From an uncultured Pelagibacteraceae bacterium (GTDB taxonomy: Bacteria; Pseudomonadota; Alphaproteobacteria; Pelagibacterales; Pelagibacteraceae), in NCBI GenBank assembly GCA_902627565.1, contig CACOJM010000007.1, positions 52 to 64,051 on the forward strand: DNA of 64,000 nt, read 5' to 3'. Positions 58,706 through 64,000 of this stretch are shown here, one piece after another. Each line of letters opens with the position of its first letter. The stretch's first letter is position 1. The notes under the pieces are model-generated. The model made no database searches, was not told the origin of the DNA, and saw nothing but the letters and a program-made list of their open reading frames with translations. The translations under genes were made by a program, and so were the position numbers.

Positions 58706-60244
58706 CTATAAAATCCTCGGTGCAATAAATACTAATAATTCATCCATGTTATCAGTATTTTGTTTGCCTTTAAATAAATTTCCAACAACAGGTACATTTC
58801 CTACTCCTGGGGTTTGCTGCTTACTATTTGTTAATGCATTCTTTTTAATACCACCAATAACTACGATATCCCCATCGGCTATTAGTAATTTAGTACTAAT
58901 TTCCATTTTATTAATTGCAGGATCTCCTGGGTTAGATCTATTTGGCGTATCATTGTTCACTTGAATATCTAAAAGAACATTACCATCACCAATTATACTC
59001 GGCGTTACTGTCATTTTTAGAGCTGCCTCCTTAAATGAAGTATCAGAACCTTCCGCAGAACTTGAGGCATAAGGAATTTCCTCACCTTGAGTAATAGTTG
59101 CAACCTGATTATCTAAGGTAAATATTTTTGGATTGGAAATAGTTTTTCCCATTCCTTGAGACTCTAAAGCAGTTATTTCTGTTTTTAAAACTGCTGATCC
59201 AGTTTGTTTTAATATACCAATACCACTTGTCTTACCTGCTGCTGTAAAGTCAGTAAGTGAATCTAAAGTATTTGCTAAGTTAGCTGTTCCCGATGAACGA
59301 TCTACGTTTCCAGTTGATCCAGCTTGCACACCTCCTATAACTTCACCCTCTCTTTTGTAAAATCCACCGAGCCTCGTGCCCAAAGCTCTTTCAAAATCAG
59401 AGTTTGCCTCAACTATAAAAGCTTCGATTAATACCTGTTTAGTCCTTACATCAATTTCTTTTATTATTTTATCTACGACATCTAAATCTTTTTCTTTTCC
59501 CCTTGCAATAATTGATCTAGTGGTTTTTTCTTCAGTAAATTGTACTAAAGAAATTCCTCCTTCAGCAGCCTTAAACAATTCATCTAAAGTAGCTTTAGCT
59601 TCAGCAGGACTTATATAATAAAGTCTAAAAATTTCTGAAATCAGTGGCTCTACTGAGTCCTCTAATTCAACTTTTTTTCTTACAGCTGATGCTCTTGCTG
59701 ATTTTGTAGACTCTTGTTGAGTTAAATTTGATGGAGAATGAACTCGAATTAAATTACTTTGCACATCAAAGTCTGCTGCATAATTTTTTAAATCTAAAAG
59801 AGCATTGAATGCTTTATCCCAAGGGATATCAATCAATTGAGCAGTAACTGATCCAGCAACCTCATCTCCTATCAAAATATTTATCTCACCAGCTTTTGCC
59901 ATTAGTTCAATTGCAGTTCTATAATCTAGATTTTGGAATTTAAAAGACACACTTTGTTTTAGTAATTTATATTCATCACCAATTAATAAATAATTTCTAG
60001 TTTTTTGAGAGGAAATTTGTTTCCTTTTACCAAGTTTGATTACATCTCCTTCGGCTGGTTGGGGACCCATTGAGGCAGTTTTATCTACTTCTATCTTACC
60101 TTTCTTCTTAATATCATCTTTAATAAGAGGGGTGTTATGTTTAAACTTTTTCTTACCAAAATTAGGGTCTGTAGCACATCCACTCAAGAGCAAAGATGAT
60201 ACAAAACTGAATAAAATTAAAAATTTTAATCTTTTAATATTCAT
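58706..60244 (-). CDS. pilQ: Secretin PilQ, short lipoprotein form
   Basis: LLLSGC lipobox; PWDKAF; QVLIEAFIVE; QGEEIPY; VIGG; ELLVFIAPRI. Confidence 0.9.
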   Translation of the reverse strand: MNIKRLKFLILFSFVSSLLLSGCATDPNFGKKKFKHNTPLIKDDIKKKGKIEVDKTASMGPQPAEGDVIKLGKRKQISSQKTRNYLLIGDEYKLLKQSVSFKFQNLDYRTAIELMAKAGEINILIGDEVAGSVTAQLIDIPWDKAFNALLDLKNYAADFDVQSNLIRVHSPSNLTQQESTKSARASAVRKKVELEDSVEPLISEIFRLYYISPAEAKATLDELFKAAEGGISLVQFTEEKTTRSIIARGKEKDLDVVDKIIKEIDVRTKQVLIEAFIVEANSDFERALGTRLGGFYKREGEVIGGVQAGSTGNVDRSSGTANLANTLDSLTDFTAAGKTSGIGILKQTGSAVLKTEITALESQGMGKTISNPKIFTLDNQVATITQGEEIPYASSSAEGSDTSFKEAALKMTVTPSIIGDGNVLLDIQVNNDTPNRSNPGDPAINKMEISTKLLIADGDIVVIGGIKKNALTNSKQQTPGVGNVPVVGNLFKGKQNTDNMDELLVFIAPRIL

Positions 60245-60740
60245 TTGCCTCTCTTATCTGATTTTTAAAATTCATAATAATGTATTTACTATCTCCATCC
60301 TTTTCAAAAACAGCTCGTTTAATATCTACATCAACAAGCTTAACGCCACTTAAAACTTCTTCAAATAATTCTATAGTCATAAATTCACCATTATCATCTA
60401 CTAAGGTTATGAAACTATTGTCTTGAGCAGAAAATGATCCAACAAGTTTATAAGATCTTAATTTAACAGCGCTTGATGTAGGTGTGGATGCAGTTACTAT
60501 ATCACTTGCAGTAGATGCGTCTCCAGCAAAAGGATCATTCAACGGCAAAGGTTCTTCTTCAATTACAACTGAACCTGTCTCATTATTTATATTATTTTTT
60601 TGAGCTGCCTGTTTTTCTTTTACTTTTTTATTAATCTCTTTTGCTTTATCTACGATATTTTGATCGTGATTATCTGCCACGACTTTTTGTGCAAAAGTAA
60701 AGATCATTAGTATTAAAATTATGAGCCTAAAAAAATTCAT
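60234..60740 (-). CDS. pilP: PilP-like protein
   Basis: DPF motif, YKLVG beta domain, position between pilO and pilQ; no lipobox Cys. Confidence 0.65.
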   Translation of the reverse strand: MNFFRLIILILMIFTFAQKVVADNHDQNIVDKAKEINKKVKEKQAAQKNNINNETGSVVIEEEPLPLNDPFAGDASTASDIVTASTPTSSAVKLRSYKLVGSFSAQDNSFITLVDDNGEFMTIELFEEVLSGVKLVDVDIKRAVFEKDGDSKYIIMNFKNQIREANEY

Positions 60741-61422
60741 CTGGTAAACCCACTATTGTTAAAACTCCATTTACAACTACCGTACTGGTTGTATCCCCTT
60801 TTATCACTTTAATTGTTTCTTTGTCAAAATTTAACATCTTTTGAGACATGGCCACTTGTCGTTTAAACTTGATATATCCAAGAAAATTGCCCTTTATTTG
60901 AAAATCTACAGGTATTTTATAATACGCAATGTTTTTTTTAGCCTTTGTGTCAACTTTTTTCTTCTTTTTCTTTTTCTTTTTCTTTTTTTCTGTAGATGCC
61001 ATTGCTGAGGCCTTAGTAATTGCTTTTGGCTTACCTTTTTCAATTTTTGATATAACCAAATTATTTAATCCAGCAAATTCACTTAGGGTCTCATATAAAC
61101 CCTCTACTTCTGCTTTACTATGAAAGAGCGTAGAATAATTTTCGTATCGAGGAGTAAGTTTCTTAATTTTTGCTTTATTGTTTGAGATATCTTTGTTCAT
61201 CTTTTCAATTTCAGCCTGTTTTTTTTGCATATTATCAAGCTGAGCTTTTTTCTTATCAACAATAGGATTAAGAACAGTATAGAATATAATTAGGAATAAA
61301 ATTACAGATCCAAAACCAATCCCAAATTTTATTAAAGTTTTTTTATCTATTGATTGAATTTTGGCCTTAATACTTTCTACATTTATATTCTTCAAATCTA
61401 AATTAATGTTTTTTAAATCCAT
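60727..61422 (-). CDS. pilO: PilO-like alignment protein with poly-Lys insert
   Basis: TM, coiled coil, YYKIPVDFQIKGNF; position in the pilMN-O-P-Q series. Confidence 0.8.
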   Translation of the reverse strand: MDLKNINLDLKNINVESIKAKIQSIDKKTLIKFGIGFGSVILFLIIFYTVLNPIVDKKKAQLDNMQKKQAEIEKMNKDISNNKAKIKKLTPRYENYSTLFHSKAEVEGLYETLSEFAGLNNLVISKIEKGKPKAITKASAMASTEKKKKKKKKKKKVDTKAKKNIAYYKIPVDFQIKGNFLGYIKFKRQVAMSQKMLNFDKETIKVIKGDTTSTVVVNGVLTIVGLPDEFF

Positions 61423-61425
61423 AAA

Positions 61426-63846
61426 TTATCCTTTAACATCTATTATTACTGTAAAGTTCTTTTTAATATCTGCAGAGTCTCCTGCTTTACCCTTAAAATT
61501 CATATTTCCTAGTGAAGCTTGGGTAACTAATTCTTGAGCTCCCAAATTATTTATTAATTTTAAAATATCTTGATCTGTTGCAGCCTGACCTTTTATTACT
61601 ACTCTATTTTTTCCATTATAATCAACGGAGTCAAATTTTATTCTTTTTGGAACACTCATAGCAACTTGTGCTAAAACTCTGTAACTAATTTTTTTATTTG
61701 ATTTAAGGCTATTGCTTAATTTTAATGTATTCGAAATTACCGCTAGTTCTTTTTTAATTTTCTTTTGTTCAGCTTTTTTTATTTTATGAGTTTTTAGTAC
61801 TTTGTCGTAGTTAACTAACTTTTTATTGTAAGAATGAATGTTCCAAAAAGATAATGCAAAAAGGAATAAATATACTGCTGCAACTGTAGCTGTAATTCCC
61901 TTGAAAGCAAAATTTGAAAATGCTTTCATCTTTTTCTCTTTGATCATTCCTTTTCGATTAGGTAATAAATTTATATTTTTGACAGCAGTTACAAATTTAT
62001 AATAACCAAAGACGTCTAATTTTCTAAAAGCAAGACCTATTACTGAAGATAAATAAGATCTATTAGGCAAATCAACTTTATCTTTATTTTGTTGAGGAAT
62101 TAATAATCCATCCATTGGATCGAATAAATTAAAACTTACGTTTAGTAAAATTTTTCTAAAATTAGCTAAATAATCTTCAACATTCTGTAAATCAGAAACA
62201 ACTTTTATATTTCTAATTCTTTTTTCATATTTAGTTTCAAAGTCTTGAACAGCTTGTTTTACTTGTGTTATAAATCTTCTTACAAGTGCTTCTTTTTCTT
62301 CGGCATCTTGAGACTCTAATAGTATTTTTCTGTCTTGCCCTCGTAAAAAAATATCAGTAATTATTGGATTATTATCATATAAAATCATTAGATAATTTTC
62401 ATCTAAACCAAACTCTAAAACTGCAGTTAGATTTGCATCATCGGCTTTATTTGAAATTTGATTTATCTGATCTACTGCAGATTTTAATGCAAAACATTTT
62501 ACATCAATTATAACTGGGTTGAGATTACTTTGTTTAATGATTGAAGTATAATTATTTATATCAGCTAGTTTTGAGGCAACAAATAAAATATCCATTGTAT
62601 TTGCTTTTTCATTTCTATTTATTACCTGGTGAAAAATTGAATAGTCATCCAAGTTATCAGTTAATTGAACTAAATTTTCCCAAAGTGAATTAGTTTCTAT
62701 TGCTTTTTGCAATTCCTCTTCCTTCATTAAAGGCGCAGTAACAACTCTTATAATTGCACTCGTAACAGGTATAGCTATAGCAGCATTAAGAGTTGAAATT
62801 TTAGACTTTTGTAATGCAATTGAAAGTTCAGCTCCTAATTTTTCTCCGTTATCTAAAACATTTGCATCATCTGGAAGATCAACTGAATGAACATAAAATT
62901 TATCTAATACCCATTGATTTGATTTGTTTGTTGAAACTTGAGCTAATCTGATTTCTTTATTTGTAATTTCTACACCAACAATTTCCTCACCTTTTACTGA
63001 TGACTTACCAATTTTAGATTTGAAAAAATTTCCAACTTTTTTTGTAAGCTCACTTGTTTTTAAAGATTGTGGTGAGCTAGAACTTTTTTTAATAAAATCT
63101 GGTTTTTTAAATTTAATTTTTTTTAGATTATCTAGAAAAGCAAACTTAGATTTCTTTTCTTTTGTAACATCTTCTACAACTTGGCTTAAATTTGCAGTGT
63201 CATCTTTTTTTGGTTCTGATGTTACAATTGGTTGACTTGTTTCTTGAGGTTTTTCAATTTCGTTCGGAGTTTCTAATTGAGTAGAAGATTGTTCAGTAGT
63301 AACGTTTTGCTCAACAGTAGTAGTTTGTTCTGTAATTTCTTTTTCTTTAGCCTGACCAGAAACTACATCATCAAACCATTTTTCTAAAATAGGAATTGCT
63401 TCTTCTAAATTTGGAGTTCCCGATGATGAAATTTTTTGTTTTCCCTCATGATAAAGTCGTCCAACCCAATTTTTTGACTTTAATTCACCTTTATATTTGT
63501 CTTGTCGAACATAAATATGCAATCTTCCATCTTTTTTGTGGATCACTTCACGTCCTGGACTAACCTCTTCCTCTTTCGTTTCACTCGAAACGCTAGAAGT
63601 TTGTTGATCTTCATTATTTTGAGTTTCTAAATTCTGATTAATACCTTTTTCTTCTGAGGAAATATCATTATTTTGGTTTTGATCATTATTTTGATCATCA
63701 TTTACATTCCCATCAGTAGTGGAGTCGTTATTTTGAGTTTCTACACTTTCAGGTTGATCATTTTTATCAACTGATGGTTGATTTTCAGTCTCTGACTGAG
63801 ATGAACCCTCATCAATAATTTTTTTATCGTCTTCTTGGTCGCTCAT
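61426..63846 (-). CDS. PilM-PilN fusion with a ~285-aa N-terminal extension
   Basis: IVGVEI..EIR..Q (PilM start, ~aa 287), AAIAIP, IIDV..FAL, then INLLP + TM + IKGQA (PilN, from ~aa 624). Confidence 0.85.
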   Translation of the reverse strand: MSDQEDDKKIIDEGSSQSETENQPSVDKNDQPESVETQNNDSTTDGNVNDDQNNDQNQNNDISSEEKGINQNLETQNNEDQQTSSVSSETKEEEVSPGREVIHKKDGRLHIYVRQDKYKGELKSKNWVGRLYHEGKQKISSSGTPNLEEAIPILEKWFDDVVSGQAKEKEITEQTTTVEQNVTTEQSSTQLETPNEIEKPQETSQPIVTSEPKKDDTANLSQVVEDVTKEKKSKFAFLDNLKKIKFKKPDFIKKSSSSPQSLKTSELTKKVGNFFKSKIGKSSVKGEEIVGVEITNKEIRLAQVSTNKSNQWVLDKFYVHSVDLPDDANVLDNGEKLGAELSIALQKSKISTLNAAIAIPVTSAIIRVVTAPLMKEEELQKAIETNSLWENLVQLTDNLDDYSIFHQVINRNEKANTMDILFVASKLADINNYTSIIKQSNLNPVIIDVKCFALKSAVDQINQISNKADDANLTAVLEFGLDENYLMILYDNNPIITDIFLRGQDRKILLESQDAEEKEALVRRFITQVKQAVQDFETKYEKRIRNIKVVSDLQNVEDYLANFRKILLNVSFNLFDPMDGLLIPQQNKDKVDLPNRSYLSSVIGLAFRKLDVFGYYKFVTAVKNINLLPNRKGMIKEKKMKAFSNFAFKGITATVAAVYLFLFALSFWNIHSYNKKLVNYDKVLKTHKIKKAEQKKIKKELAVISNTLKLSNSLKSNKKISYRVLAQVAMSVPKRIKFDSVDYNGKNRVVIKGQAATDQDILKLINNLGAQELVTQASLGNMNFKGKAGDSADIKKNFTVIIDVKG

Positions 63847-63867
63847 TTACAACTCATATTTTTTTTC

Positions 63868-63922
63868 TCTAACACAAATTAACGAATCTCTAACACAAAA
63901 AACAAAATTAGTCTAACACAAA
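63868..63922. repeat. Three direct repeats of TCTAACACAAA upstream of pilMN
   Basis: Copies at 63868, 63889 and 63912 (spacing 21 and 23 nt). Confidence 0.8.
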
Positions 63923-63938
63923 ATTATAAAAAAGATGT

Positions 63939-63948
63939 CCAATTTGGG
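63939..63948. promoter_or_regulatory. CCAATTTGGG motif copy 3
   Basis: TCCAATTTGGG is identical to 46695-46705. Confidence 0.5.
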
Positions 63949-64000
63949 AATATGATAAAAAAAGTCAACAAAATAGCCATTTTTCAATAAATAAATTTTT

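Noticed and set aside
63367-63552. Prophage or integrase remnant
   Set aside because: The segment is in frame inside an uninterrupted pilMN ORF; no catalytic recombinase domain or other phage genes nearby.
63868-63922. Direct repeats as a mini CRISPR array
   Set aside because: Repeats are 11 nt and spacers 10-12 nt, far too short; no cas genes.

Overview
This is a very AT-rich, gene-dense bacterial chromosome segment with short intergenic spacers. Gene content and style point to Pelagibacterales (SAR11); that assignment is an inference. Bases 1-46.3 kb are mostly nutrient scavenging and housekeeping. They hold N-methylglutamate (methylamine) pathway genes glxBCD+gmaS, a DNA photolyase, acnA/bamB/zapE, allantoin catabolism (puuE-alc-allA plus an NCS1 permease), agmatinase, a PotABCD-like ABC transporter next to doeA/eutA-like genes, two LIV-type ABC transporters, proC and glutarate dioxygenase. 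Two genes (argE-like and 3-hydroxyacyl-CoA dehydrogenase) are split by frameshifts in A-runs. Two small ORFs are missing from the ORF track: a 58-aa Cys-rich protein behind paired Fur-box-like sites, and a 23-aa hydrophobic peptide. Bases 46.3-64 kb are a cell-surface island. A type IV pilus locus (pilMN fusion, pilO, pilP, pilQ, pilB, pilC, two pilins) is interleaved with an apparent trans-envelope signalling chain: TPR/beta-barrel outer-membrane protein, FecR-domain protein with a ~70% Lys/Arg histone-like tail, CHASE2-PP2C phosphatase, and a STAS/RsbW partner-switch pair. An autotransporter-like beta-propeller adhesin follows. PilMN carries an extra integrase-arm-like domain, and three intergenic regions of the island share a CCAATTTGGG motif. 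This island is the best candidate for an undescribed system. No rRNA, tRNA, CRISPR array or intact mobile element was recognised.
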